Positions 9,533 to 20,155 of a stretch of 64,000 nucleotides of DNA are shown here, one piece after another (position 1 is the first letter of the stretch; the number at the start of each line of letters is the position of its first letter). Below the pieces are notes generated by a model. It made no database searches. It saw only the letters and a program-made list of their open reading frames with translations, and was not told the DNA's origin. A program made the position numbers and the translations under genes. The stretch is from Candidatus Bathyarchaeota archaeon (GTDB taxonomy: Archaea > Thermoproteota > Bathyarchaeia > Bathyarchaeales > Bathycorpusculaceae): assembly GCA_963739495.1 (NCBI GenBank), contig CAVUAM010000015.1, positions 39,367 through 103,366 on the forward strand. Reading direction: 5' to 3'.

Positions 9533-10209
9533 ACAGAATAGTTGAGCGTTTAGGGTTTTAATTATTTTGCACTAATAGTGGCATAAGCTGTTCTTGGGGG
9601 ATAATTATTTATTGGCGCCGAAAATCCCTTGATAATTATTAATCAAGAAATACATAATGTCCTGCGCACAAATATGTTCTGTGCAGATGCTATCGGTTAA
9701 TCTAGTGCCCAAATATCGCACGTGTTTAAGAAATTTGGCAGATTCATGCTACTAAGTATTGGTATAAATAACATGCTGAGTACCTAAGAATAGGCAACTA
9801 AGTTCTTAAAAAGGAATTATAGTAGCGAGATGTTAAAGTGAATTTGACGATTCTTATCGTTTGTGGAATAGGGCACTTAGGAAGCTCCGACAATAGCTAA
9901 TTGCAGATTATTACCTTTTTTAACGTTTTCTAAAGCGTCACTAATACAAAATAGACTCGTCTAGTAAAGATTAGGCTTATTTTCAGCAAGTTTTTGTCCT
10001 ATATGAGAGAGTTGAGAAAGAAATCGAGCCCCATCCGCACCAGTTAAAATCAAAAACATTCGTTATTTCTGGCTAATTTTTTTTACTATGAAGTGCCACT
10101 TTTAATTGCGTGATTGTCTTCTGGACTTTTCAGCATTATTATCACGAGAAATTCCTACATAATTCTTAATTATGCCATCCGCTAAATGGAGAGGCTGAGG
10201 TAAAACAAA

Positions 10210-11271
10210 ATGGTGAAAATCGATTTCGGAGGCGTCAAAGAAGACGTTATTACCAGAGAAGAATTCACGTTGGCAAAAGCCCAAAAAATCCTAAAAGACG
10301 AGATCGTCGTCTCACTAGGCTACGGTATACAAGGTCAAGCTCAATCACTCAACATGCGTGACCAAGGAATAAAAGTAATAATTGGGCAAGAAAAAGAAGG
10401 CGTATTTAAAAAAGAATGGGACAAAGCTATCGCAGACGGCTGGGTTCCAGGCAAAAACCTCTTTCCAATGGAAGAAGCAGCAAAAAAAGGAACAATAAAA
10501 CTGTTCTTACTTACTGACGCAGCACAGAAAGCTGTATGGTCAAAAGTCAAAGCCACTCTTAAAAAAGGAGATGCACTCTACTTTAGCCATGGCTTTAGCA
10601 TCGTCTACAAAGAACAGACAGGCGTTATTCCACCCAAAGACATAGATGTAATCCTTGTTGCACCCAAAGGTTCAGGAACATCTGTTCGCAGAAACTTTGT
10701 TGACGGAAGCGGCATAAACTGCAGTTTTGCGGTCTTCCAAGACGCAACAGGTAAAGCCGAAGAACGCGCTAAAGCTCTAGGCATTGCTATCGGCGGAGGA
10801 TACCTTTTCCCAACCACGTTTGAGAAAGAAACTTACAGTGACCTAACAGGCGAACGAGGAACATTGATGGGCGCACTCGCAGGCATTCTGGAAGCGCAAT
10901 ACAAAACCTTACGTGAACACGGACATAGCCCAAGCGAAGCATTCAACGAAAGCGTCGAAGAACTCACACAAAGCCTAATCCGCCTGGTCGACGAAAACGG
11001 AATGGACTGGATGTACTGCAACTGTAGCGAAACCGCACGCATCGGAGCATTACGCTGGAGAAGCCGTTTCCGCGAAGCAACCCAACCTGTGTTTGACTCA
11101 CTCTACGAACTCGTTGCAGCCGGTGAAGAAACACGCATCGTCCTAGAAAAGAGCAAAGCTCCCGACTATCGCCAGAAACTCGCAGACGAACTCAAAGAAA
11201 TGGGCAACAGTGAAATGTGGCGTGCAGGCGCAACTGTTCGTTCTCTGCGTCCGAAACAAAAGAAAGAGTAA
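10210..11271 (+). CDS. ilvC: Ketol-acid reductoisomerase
   Basis: GYGIQGQAQSLNMRD, FSHGF, VAPKGSG, SDLTGERG and EAFNESVEE motifs. Confidence 0.95.
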   Translation: MVKIDFGGVKEDVITREEFTLAKAQKILKDEIVVSLGYGIQGQAQSLNMRDQGIKVIIGQEKEGVFKKEWDKAIADGWVPGKNLFPMEEAAKKGTIKLFLLTDAAQKAVWSKVKATLKKGDALYFSHGFSIVYKEQTGVIPPKDIDVILVAPKGSGTSVRRNFVDGSGINCSFAVFQDATGKAEERAKALGIAIGGGYLFPTTFEKETYSDLTGERGTLMGALAGILEAQYKTLREHGHSPSEAFNESVEELTQSLIRLVDENGMDWMYCNCSETARIGALRWRSRFREATQPVFDSLYELVAAGEETRIVLEKSKAPDYRQKLADELKEMGNSEMWRAGATVRSLRPKQKKE

Positions 11272-11306
11272 ACTCTTTTTCTTATTTTTTAGTTTCTAAA
11301 TTTTCA

Positions 11307-12080
11307 TTACATCAAAAAATAATCCTTGCCAGCACTAGCCGCACCAATGAAGTCTGTTAAGGCTTGATTTTCCGAGGTCAAATCAGCGACGCCTAACATG
11401 TATGATGGGTGTTTCTCTAACTCTACTTCTTTGGTGTAGGGTGTTTTAGTGAAGCATAGCACTGTGTTTGCTTTTGCAGTAGTTATTTCTTGCAGAACGC
11501 TGTTTCTTCTACTGGTTTCGTGTGAGAGATAAGTTGCGACTATTATTAGATGATGTTTTTTCGCAAAGTTGGCCAGATAACTCGTGATTTGGTTGTAGAA
11601 TGTTCTTGCTTCTTGGTCATCAACATTGTCATGCAAGAATGGACCTGCTATGTCGGAGATTACCACGAGTTTGGCATCGTGTGTTTCTACGGCTTCCTTT
11701 AGCCTTTCCATTATCAAAGAAGTTAGTCGGTATGCTGTGTAAACCCGTATGTTGTGGACTCGTTCAAGTGCTGCTTCCGCGTCTAATTGTTCAAGCTTTG
11801 CGGCGTGTCCAATGTCTGACAATGAAGAGCTGTTTGCACAGTCAATGAAAACAACGTTGCTTTCCAATCCGCCAAGTTGCACTGGTAATTGGGCACGGGC
11901 GCAGAGTTTAGAAATTAAAGAAGTAACTGATTGAGGTCCATAGAGGACAGCGAAGTCCCCTGCTCTGAATCCTGGAAAAAGTCCATCAATATCTCGAATA
12001 TTAAAAGTTAACCTCTCTAGAACTGTTTGCGACAACGAAGTTTTCATTACTTGTTTCTGTTGCAGTAGATTCTGTTGCAT
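11307..12080 (-). CDS. RadA/Rad51-fold paralogue with a degenerate Walker A
   Basis: IDGLFPGF, RAQLPVQLGGLESNVVFID and LVVISD; the P-loop position reads YGPQSVTS. Confidence 0.8.
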   Translation of the reverse strand: MQQNLLQQKQVMKTSLSQTVLERLTFNIRDIDGLFPGFRAGDFAVLYGPQSVTSLISKLCARAQLPVQLGGLESNVVFIDCANSSSLSDIGHAAKLEQLDAEAALERVHNIRVYTAYRLTSLIMERLKEAVETHDAKLVVISDIAGPFLHDNVDDQEARTFYNQITSYLANFAKKHHLIIVATYLSHETSRRNSVLQEITTAKANTVLCFTKTPYTKEVELEKHPSYMLGVADLTSENQALTDFIGAASAGKDYFLM

Positions 12081-12318
12081 ATCTTTTCCTCGAAAATGCA
12101 TTACGCACGAATAGTCTATTTAAACTATCAACCAAGCGACATTCCAGCAAACGGGAGGGTAGAGTGAAAGTAAAACTGTTACCAGCAACTAATCACATCC
12201 TCAGATGTTCCTTTTTATCGATTGATTGTGATTTGATAATGCCTAAATTTCTTGCTTTTTTGCAAGCTAATCTTTTATATCAGAAACTGACGCATGCTAA
12301 AAGATACGAGGCACCCTC

Positions 12319-13665
12319 TTGGACTACACAGTCGTTGCTGCATTGGCGGTCTTTGTTGCGACGCTTTTCTTGATGATTAGGCGTCCGCGGGGTTTGCGGC
12401 TCGGCTATGCGGCTGGAATCGGTGCTGTGGCATCGCTTTTGCTGGGGACTGTGAGTTTGGGGCAGGCTGTGCAGTCGTTTTTGGACATTTGGGATGCTGC
12501 GTTGGCTTTTCTTGGAATCATAGCGTTGTCTGTGACTTTGGATGCAATGGGTTTCTTTAGGTGGGCTGCTCTGCGTGTGGTGAGGCTGGCTGGTGGAAAC
12601 GGGCTGAGGCTTTACTTCTACGTTGCTCTCCTTACAGCTGCTGTAAGTATCCTTTTTGCTAACGATAGCGCCTTTTTGATTCTCACCCCGATTGTGCTGG
12701 AGATAGTAACTTGCTTGGGTGTCGACAAAAAGGGAAAACTTGCTTTCCTCTTCACCGCAGGATTAATCGCTGATACCGCAGCTATGCCGCTGATAACAAG
12801 CAACCCAATCAACATCTTAAGTGCGGATTACTTCAAGTACAGTTTCATTGACCATTTGATTTTCATGGGACCCGTAGCAGTAGTGGTTCTTTTGAGCAGT
12901 TTGCTAATGATTTGGTTATTTTTCCGAAAGAGCATTCCTACAACCTATAACGTGACAGCAGCAGATTCCTTAACCAGAGGAAAATCCGCGATTTCGCCCA
13001 CTCTGCTGAGAATAAGTTTGATTACGCTTGTGGCAATTGATGTCGGTTACGTGTTGACTTCCCTGAATAGATTCCCAGTTTCACTGGTGATTTGCAGCGG
13101 AACAGTGTTTTTGGTTGCTGTTTATTGGTTTGCGTTAAAGTGCAACGGATTTGTGAACGGGGAGAAGAAAGGGCTCTTTGGGCTGGCAAGGGATATCAAT
13201 TGGGATATTGTGCTTTTTATGCTCAGTATTTTCATAGTTGTTGAGGGGTTGGAAGTGGCAGGCGTCACAAACTTGCTGGCGTCAGTCCTCACGGCAGCCA
13301 GCAAGCTCCCATCTGCGCTGGGGGTTTTTGCGCCAAGCATGGTTGTGACTGTTGGAGCAAGTTTCATGAACAATTGGCCAATGACCATCCTTGGCATGTT
13401 AAGTATCCAACAGGCAGCGGTAACTGGACCTGCTTTGACTAACCTTGTGTTTAGCAACATCATCGGCAACAACTTGGGACCGCACTTTTTCCCGTTAGGG
13501 TCATTGGCTATTTTGATGTGGATGGAAATCATGCGACGTAAAGGTGTAGTCATAAGCCTCAAAGAATACCTCAAAGTAGGCGCCACACTATCGATTGCCC
13601 AAGTTGCGATTGCCGCGATAGTCTTATGGGCAGAGTTAAACCTACTTGGCTTCAAGCTTTTTTAA
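12319..13665 (+). CDS. arsB: ArsB/NhaD-family membrane transporter
   Basis: About 12 TM helices; FANDSAFLILTP, ADTAAMPLITSNPINI, MNNWP and GSLA motifs. Confidence 0.8.
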   Translation: MDYTVVAALAVFVATLFLMIRRPRGLRLGYAAGIGAVASLLLGTVSLGQAVQSFLDIWDAALAFLGIIALSVTLDAMGFFRWAALRVVRLAGGNGLRLYFYVALLTAAVSILFANDSAFLILTPIVLEIVTCLGVDKKGKLAFLFTAGLIADTAAMPLITSNPINILSADYFKYSFIDHLIFMGPVAVVVLLSSLLMIWLFFRKSIPTTYNVTAADSLTRGKSAISPTLLRISLITLVAIDVGYVLTSLNRFPVSLVICSGTVFLVAVYWFALKCNGFVNGEKKGLFGLARDINWDIVLFMLSIFIVVEGLEVAGVTNLLASVLTAASKLPSALGVFAPSMVVTVGASFMNNWPMTILGMLSIQQAAVTGPALTNLVFSNIIGNNLGPHFFPLGSLAILMWMEIMRRKGVVISLKEYLKVGATLSIAQVAIAAIVLWAELNLLGFKLF

Positions 13666-13707
13666 TCATAAAACAGAATACAGTTCAAATAGAAAAGTGA
13701 TCTAAAA

Positions 13708-14934
13708 TTGATAAGCAAATCAAATCTCAAATCTGATAGCCTAAAAGACGAAGTCGCCATCATAACGGGCGCTGGACGCGGAATAGGCTATGAAGCGGCA
13801 AGAGCACTTGCTTGGCTTGGTGCCAACGTGGTCATCGCCGAAATTGACGAGAAAAATGGCAAAGCAATAGAAGAAATCATCAACAAAGAAATCGGCTCGG
13901 GCAAAGCATTTTTTGTCAAGACAGACATTGGAAACGAGAAAGACATCGATAAACTGGCTGAATCTTCAGTGAAGAAATATGGCAAAGTCGACATTGTTCT
14001 AAACAACGCCACTGTCTTCCCTATGGGCACCGTAAAAGATACACCTTTGGAGTCGTGGGATTTTAGTTACCGTGTGAACCTGCGAGGGCCAGTTGCATTG
14101 GCAAGAAAGTTCCTGCCCGCTATGCTCGAACGCAAGCACGGAACGTTTGTCTGTGTCTCCTCTTCGGGTGCAGCGCCATTTATGGGAGCCTATGAGGTCT
14201 TCAAAACAGCTCAAGTGGAATTATCAAATACCATTTCTGCTGAAGTAGAGGGCACAGGAGTCTATGCTTTCACCATTGGGCCTGGAATTTCTAAGACCCC
14301 TGGGTTTGTTGAGGGGGGAGGAAAAGTAGCGTCGCTTATGGGTATGAGTTTGGAGGAGCTATTTGAGCTAAACAAGAATGCACAGATTTCCCCAGAAGCG
14401 GCGGGTGCAGGCTTTGCCATAGCAGTTGCCTTCGCCGAGAAATACCATGGACAAGAAATAAGCTCCATTCAGGTTCTTCGGGAAGCTGGGATCTCGTTCA
14501 CAGCTGAAGAAAATCAAGTTCAAGAACAAACTCCAGGCAAAATTCAAGAAAAAGAAAAATCAAAACCTAACGAAAACAGAAGCATTCACGAACTCTATGA
14601 GGCCGTGATGAAAACTTACATTGAGCAATCAGAAGGCTGGAAAAAACGCAACCTATTCGAACGTCAATGGGTATCAAGAGACTTCAAGAAGACCACGGGA
14701 TTATCCATCGATGAAATGCAAACCACTCTGAAGGAACTGGGAAATAGTCTGAAAACCGGGGCTCCAAATGTAGAGTTCATTGAACCGCTCAATCAATTGA
14801 CAGGGTACTATAAGCATCAACAGGAGCAGCTTAAAGGATTTGAGAAGAACCCGCAAAAGCTGGAAGAAAACCTAAAAATCATCGACGCTTGGGTAAAAGA
14901 CACCCAAGCCTTAATGCAAGTGTTAATGGGTTAG
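13708..14934 (+). CDS. SDR oxidoreductase with an extra C-terminal helical domain
   Basis: TGAGRGIG, LNNA and YEVFK (YxxxK); about 140 extra C-terminal residues. Confidence 0.85.
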   Translation: MISKSNLKSDSLKDEVAIITGAGRGIGYEAARALAWLGANVVIAEIDEKNGKAIEEIINKEIGSGKAFFVKTDIGNEKDIDKLAESSVKKYGKVDIVLNNATVFPMGTVKDTPLESWDFSYRVNLRGPVALARKFLPAMLERKHGTFVCVSSSGAAPFMGAYEVFKTAQVELSNTISAEVEGTGVYAFTIGPGISKTPGFVEGGGKVASLMGMSLEELFELNKNAQISPEAAGAGFAIAVAFAEKYHGQEISSIQVLREAGISFTAEENQVQEQTPGKIQEKEKSKPNENRSIHELYEAVMKTYIEQSEGWKKRNLFERQWVSRDFKKTTGLSIDEMQTTLKELGNSLKTGAPNVEFIEPLNQLTGYYKHQQEQLKGFEKNPQKLEENLKIIDAWVKDTQALMQVLMG

Positions 14935-15971
14935 CCCAAGTTTATTTTTTTCAAGATTTCTCTGTAAATTGTCAAAGCGGCTTTTTCATCCGCAACCCCT
15001 TTTATGAGCATACGCCCGCCGTTAAAGAGGCTGACCTCATAAGCCTTGTAAATGAACATTAAGGCTAACTTTGATTTCAAGCGAATTTTGAAAACCTGGC
15101 TAACCTGTGGGTAAACCTCATCGAGGTTGAGTTTTAGCGGTTTTTCGGGGTTGATATTGGCGGTTTCTTTGCCGCACAGCCAAACCAGCCGCTCACCTCC
15201 CCAAATCGACGCTATTTCACCGTGGCATACGGGGCAGCGAGAGTTTTTTGAGATGTCGATTGTAGTGAAGTCCATATCGCTGAAGTCGCAAACCATTAGC
15301 TTATTTTTTAGGGTAGAGCCCAAACCTGTGAGGAGTTTTATGGTTTCCATAGCTTGCAGAGCGCCTATTATTCCTGTTGTGGCTCCGAGGACCCCGCGGG
15401 TGTTGCAGGTTAGCAAATCCGAGTCAGAAAGATTCGGCATTAAACATTCCAAGCATCCAGTTTCAGGCGGGGCAAACACGGATAAGTTGCCTTCTATGCC
15501 GATGGCTGCACCGAAAACGTATGGGATGCCTAGTTTTACACAGGCGCGGTTAACGAGGTAACGGGTAACCATGTTATCTAACCCATCAACAACGCAATCT
15601 ACGCCTGTTAGGAGCCGTTCGACGTTGCTTGCGTTCACGTTTTCAGGAATTGCTTCAACGGTTACAAGGGGATTTTGCTTTTCGAGCCGTTTTGCAGCAA
15701 CTTCGGTTTTTGGGTAGTGTAGGTCGTCGGTATTGTAGAGAATTTGACGGTGAAGGTTATGGGGTTCGATGGTGTCTTGGTCAATTAGGCGGGTGTATCC
15801 AACGCCTGCCAGCGTCAGATAAAGTGAGGATACCGTGCCCAATCCGCCTGCCCCGACGATAGCGACTTTGGATTTAGCGAGTTGCTGCTGTCCTTTTTCG
15901 CCTAACTCTTTAAGGATGATTTGGCGACTATAGAATTCCTTCGCAAACGCCCTTTTTTCTGCCCAATCCAC
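14931..15971 (-). CDS. MoeB/ThiF/E1-like adenylyltransferase
   Basis: YSRQI, GAGGLG, NLHRQILY, DGLDN, CLEC and CPVC; likely GTG start at 15971. Confidence 0.9.
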   Translation of the reverse strand: MDWAEKRAFAKEFYSRQIILKELGEKGQQQLAKSKVAIVGAGGLGTVSSLYLTLAGVGYTRLIDQDTIEPHNLHRQILYNTDDLHYPKTEVAAKRLEKQNPLVTVEAIPENVNASNVERLLTGVDCVVDGLDNMVTRYLVNRACVKLGIPYVFGAAIGIEGNLSVFAPPETGCLECLMPNLSDSDLLTCNTRGVLGATTGIIGALQAMETIKLLTGLGSTLKNKLMVCDFSDMDFTTIDISKNSRCPVCHGEIASIWGGERLVWLCGKETANINPEKPLKLNLDEVYPQVSQVFKIRLKSKLALMFIYKAYEVSLFNGGRMLIKGVADEKAALTIYREILKKINLG

Positions 15972-15975
15972 CTGG

Positions 15976-17683
15976 CTATTCTCCTTGTTGCTGCGTTCTG
16001 TATTTGCCTTTATTGCGGAACTGCCTTTCATATATTTCCCTAACCCGCTGGATTGAGTCGGCGTCTTCGGCTGTTTTGTCGTCTCTTATGCGGGTGATTC
16101 TTGCAAAACGCAACGCCATCTGACTAATGTATTTGGGGCTTTGCTGGATTTCGTTATAAGCAACCTCCACTACAACTTTCGGTATAACAATCACACGGTG
16201 ACCGTCTTGGTCAAGTGTAGATTCCTTTAAGCGCCTTGTTAATTCTAAGATTTCAGCATCAGTTAACCCCTTGAAGGTCTTTCCAACGTTCAAGAACTCT
16301 CCTGTAGCAGCATCTCTTGCAGCAAGATAATAATCAGAAAGCCAACCTTTTCGCCGGCCATAACCGTACTCTGCGGCTGTTATTACAAGGTCTAAGGGCT
16401 CAAGGATTGTTTTGATTTTAAGCCACCGTTTGCCCCTGCGCCCAGGCGTATATGGACTATTGAGTCCTTTAGCCATCAACCCCTCGTTCCCCGCGTTGAT
16501 AGCTTCTTTGAGAAATTCTTGGGCTCGTATTGACTGGTCGGTGACCATTTGACTAGTTAAGAGGATTTCACCTATGTTTTGGGATAGCATTCTTCTGCGT
16601 TCGTTGTAGGGTTGAGCAATTAAGCTTTCGCCATTCAAATAGAGGATATCGAATAGGTACAGAGTTAGGGGAATCTTCTGGGCAATGTCGTCAATATACC
16701 TGATTCTTCTGAACCTTCGCATTAAATGCTGGAATGGAATTGGGCAACCAGCACTATCTAAAGAAATCACTTCTCCTTCCACAATGGCTGATTGGGCAGG
16801 CATGTTCTGTTTTACAGCTGCAACCACCTCAGGCAAACTTGTTGTGACATCAGTTAATCTTCTACTGAAAATTTTTACATCGCTATTTTGTTTGTGGATC
16901 TGCACTCTTGCCCCGTCATACTTGTATTCGAAAGCAGTTTTGCCGCCTTGCACTTCCAATGCTTCGGCAACTGACTGAGCGGTTTGGGCAAGCATGGGCT
17001 TCACGGGATGAAAAACGGTAAACTTTACCTTTTCTAAAGCTTGGGAACCTTGGATTTTCAGGATCTTTGCAACTTCGCCTATATCTCCCAAAACCATGTC
17101 GGCATGCTGAACTCTCGAAAGCGGAACATCGAAAGCAAGCGACACTGCTTGCTCCATTAAGCCTTCATGCAAACCCGTACGCATTTCTCCTGTGAAAATC
17201 TTGACAAGGTACTTGGCTTCAACTGGTGTAGCTTGGCTCATCAGAGTGGTAATTAAACGTTCTTTTTTGGTTCTTGCCCCTGAACCTTGCGCCTGTGCGA
17301 TTGCGTCAAAAGCACGCCTAACTTCGGTTATGGTTAGGTATGTTTGAGTTAGCTGAGTTTGCTTTTTAGGCTTGGAACTTTCAAGAATAATTTTTGCGGC
17401 TGAGCCGATGTCACCTGTATTTGCCATAACTTGGCGGAAAAGGTCCCAGTTAAATATGCTTATGCGTTCGAAAATACGGAGGAGAGTTGACCAGCTCACG
17501 TCGAGGGTTTTTTGGCTATGCTTTGCGAAAGGCTCGGCCAACCATCATGTTTACGGCAGGTTCTATTTCTTTGGGATCTAGCGATTTGAGGAAGTTTGCG
17601 GTTTGCCTTATGATTTCGAGACGTTTTTTTGTCGCTTCGATTTTTTCAAGCAGGTCCGCAAGGGATTTGAAGAGCGTAGACAT
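15976..17683 (-). CDS. lig: ATP-dependent DNA ligase (one frameshift near 17530)
   Basis: EYKYDGAR, EGE, FDILY, EGLMAK, WLKIK and LRFAR; the N-terminus MSTLFKSLADLLEKIE begins at 17683 in another frame. Confidence 0.93.
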
Positions 17684-17819
17684 AGTTAATCCTAAAATTG
17701 CTCCTATAGGAAACAGCGTGTTAGCTGCCTATTTAATTAGGCGTTACTTAGCTTTTAGCCTTTGTTGGGTGCAAAAAATCTTAGCAATTAAAGAAAGTCT
17801 TGGGGGTAAATGGGCAAGC

Positions 17820-18224
17820 TTAAGAGAATACTGAGAAGGATGATTCGCCTTCAGGCTCTTGCTGCTTCTTGTTTAGGTCATTAATTTTGATGGTTAACTC
17901 GTCAGCCTCTTTTGTGTTGCCCAATACTTTTTGGCTTTCCCGTGCCTGCTCAAGTCCACTAACGCCATAACGATCAAATCCCTTGCTTAAGGCAATGTCA
18001 GCGGATTTTGTGAAGAGCTCTACTGCTTTTGGATAATCTTTCAGTGAAAAACTGCATTCGCCTGCTTTATAGTTCATTTCTGCTGCGCCAAAATAGTTCT
18101 GTCCCTTGTAGTATAAGTCTGCCACTTTAATGAAAAGATCGCGTGCCTCGGCATATTTGCCGCTTTCCATCAACGCGTTAGCATCTTTATGCAACTTAAT
18201 TGGGTCTTCTCTAACTGTACTCAT
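17820..18224 (-). CDS. TPR/SNAP-like helical repeat protein
   Basis: GKYAEARDLF and YKAGEC...KDYPKAVELF repeats. Confidence 0.75.
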   Translation of the reverse strand: MSTVREDPIKLHKDANALMESGKYAEARDLFIKVADLYYKGQNYFGAAEMNYKAGECSFSLKDYPKAVELFTKSADIALSKGFDRYGVSGLEQARESQKVLGNTKEADELTIKINDLNKKQQEPEGESSFSVFS

Positions 18225-18430
18225 TTTATGCAACTCTTTTTATTCTGTATTATTCTGGGAAGAGGTCACATTTAGATTTTCCTCTTCTACAACATGTGAC
18301 GTCTTTGGTTTTGTGCGAAAACCATAGCTTCCTTACTTTAGCACAAATTCTTTTTGGCATAAATTTAGCACGGATGTTTTAATAGTGCGTTTTAAAGTAT
18401 TTGTTTCTGAAACTTGACGATGTGAAGTCA

Positions 18431-18997
18431 ATGGATAAGGAAAAACAGAAACCTGCAGCAAAGCAACAGGGGTACAACAAATCAGCAGTTTTCAAGATTA
18501 CTGTAGCATCAGTTTTCGCCGCTCTAGTGTTTGTTGTTACTTCGCAGATCCCGCCCATTCCCATTCCTGCTACGTCGGGCTACTTCAACATCGGAGAGAC
18601 AACCATTTACGTTGCAGCTCTGGTTTTTGGTCCGCTGGTTGGTACATTATCGGGTGGGATAGGCTCGGCACTATCGGATGCCTTTTTAGGTTTTGGACTA
18701 TTTGCTCCTGGCACCCTGTTCATCAAAGGTGGAGAAGGATTAATCGTTGGTTTTTTGAACGTGAATCTTAGAAAGCGAATCTCAAACCTTACACTGTGCG
18801 CCACTATCTCAGTGATAGTTGGGGGCTTAGAAATGGTTGCAGGATATTTTCTTTATGAACAATTCGTTATAGGCTATCCATTCGCGGTTGCTTTAGCAGA
18901 AGTTCCCTTTAACATTGTTCAGATGTTCATCGGCTTAATAGTAGCGGTACCAGTAATGCACGCTGTTTTCCGTGTTATCCCACAACTTAAAAGCTAG
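18431..18997 (+). CDS. ECF transporter S component
   Basis: FAALVFVVT, IPIPATSGYFNIGE, GIGSALSD and APGTLFIKG motifs. Confidence 0.88.
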   Translation: MDKEKQKPAAKQQGYNKSAVFKITVASVFAALVFVVTSQIPPIPIPATSGYFNIGETTIYVAALVFGPLVGTLSGGIGSALSDAFLGFGLFAPGTLFIKGGEGLIVGFLNVNLRKRISNLTLCATISVIVGGLEMVAGYFLYEQFVIGYPFAVALAEVPFNIVQMFIGLIVAVPVMHAVFRVIPQLKS

Positions 18998-19016
18998 ATT
19001 AAATAGAGGAATAAGC

Positions 19017-20024
19017 ATGAAGCTTCCACCTGGAAAAATTCCAATTGATATTTTAAAAGATGTGGTTTTCAAAAATTTGGGCGCCGTCCGCAGCGAAGTC
19101 ACATTAGGTCCTACTGCAGGAGTGGACGGAGCAATTTTAGATGTGGGAAACAAAAATGCCATAGTTTCCATGGATCCTATTACCGGCGCAGTAGAACGAA
19201 TAGGATGGGAAGCCATAAACATCAACGCCAACGACGTAGCAACTTTTGGCGTAGAACCGGCGTTTTTCTTCTCATGTATAATGCTGCCAGAGGGCGCTGA
19301 TAGTAAAATCATCGAAACCATAAGCACTCAAATGCACAACGCCGCAAAAGAGTTGGGCATAGCTATAGTTGGCGGACACTGCGAATCTACTCCTGGCTTA
19401 TCAAACCCTATCGTTGTGGGCTGCATTATGGGGTTAACCGAAAAGGGTCAATACGTAACTGCCGCAGGCGCCAAAGCTGGCGACAGACTGATTTTAACCA
19501 AGAGTGCGGGAATCGAGGGCACAGCTATATTGGCCGCTGACCGTGAAGCGCAACTCTTGAATACTTTCAGCCCAACATTTCTGGAAGCCGCCAAGGGCTT
19601 CTACAGTCAAATCAGCATCGTAAAAGACGCATTAACTGCTTATAGGGCAGGCGGAGTCCATGCCATGCATGATCCAACTGAAGGTGGAATCCTTAACGGT
19701 ATCCACGAATTGGCAGATGCAGCAGGCTTAGGCGTTCGTGTCGTGGAGGAAAAAATCACGGTTGAACCGGAAACCGCTAAAATTTGCAGGTTCTTTGAAA
19801 TCGATCCTCTCCAACTTATTAGTTCAGGAGCCTTACTCATTGCGGCGGAACGTCAAGCGACTGACAAGATAATTGAAAGCCTCTGCAGAGAACACATTTA
19901 CGCTGAGGTAATCGGGGAATTTGACCCGAACCCAAACAAACGTGTACTTATCCACAAAGATGACTCGGTGGAGATCCTACCAAGACCCACCTCGGACCAC
20001 CTTTGGACTGCATTAACGCGCTAA
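19017..20024 (+). CDS. AIR synthase (PurM/HypE/ThiL)-superfamily protein
   Basis: DPITG, NANDVA, GGHCE and AMHDPTEGG; lacks the C-terminal PRIC of HypE. Confidence 0.85.
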   Translation: MKLPPGKIPIDILKDVVFKNLGAVRSEVTLGPTAGVDGAILDVGNKNAIVSMDPITGAVERIGWEAININANDVATFGVEPAFFFSCIMLPEGADSKIIETISTQMHNAAKELGIAIVGGHCESTPGLSNPIVVGCIMGLTEKGQYVTAAGAKAGDRLILTKSAGIEGTAILAADREAQLLNTFSPTFLEAAKGFYSQISIVKDALTAYRAGGVHAMHDPTEGGILNGIHELADAAGLGVRVVEEKITVEPETAKICRFFEIDPLQLISSGALLIAAERQATDKIIESLCREHIYAEVIGEFDPNPNKRVLIHKDDSVEILPRPTSDHLWTALTR

Positions 20025-20155
20025 ACACTAACCAATAGAAAAGGCAGTTTTGCATTCGAGACGGAAGAGAAATAGAATACGCAGACACAATAATGGTTTT
20101 TATAGTTCCAACCTGAGATAGGTAATAACACAATTAATCAGCTTGTGACATTTAT

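Noticed and set aside
12142-12159. ORB-like TTCCAGCAAACGGGAGGG
   Set aside because: Single degenerate copy with no cdc6/orc1 gene or repeated ORBs
17520-17545. Programmed frameshift or pseudogenisation of DNA ligase (similarly the cimA start, DUF131 and surface proteins)
   Set aside because: Where checked, single-base indels in short homopolymers (TTT, GGGG) restore the frame; such indels recur throughout the window, including essential genes, so assembly error is more parsimonious
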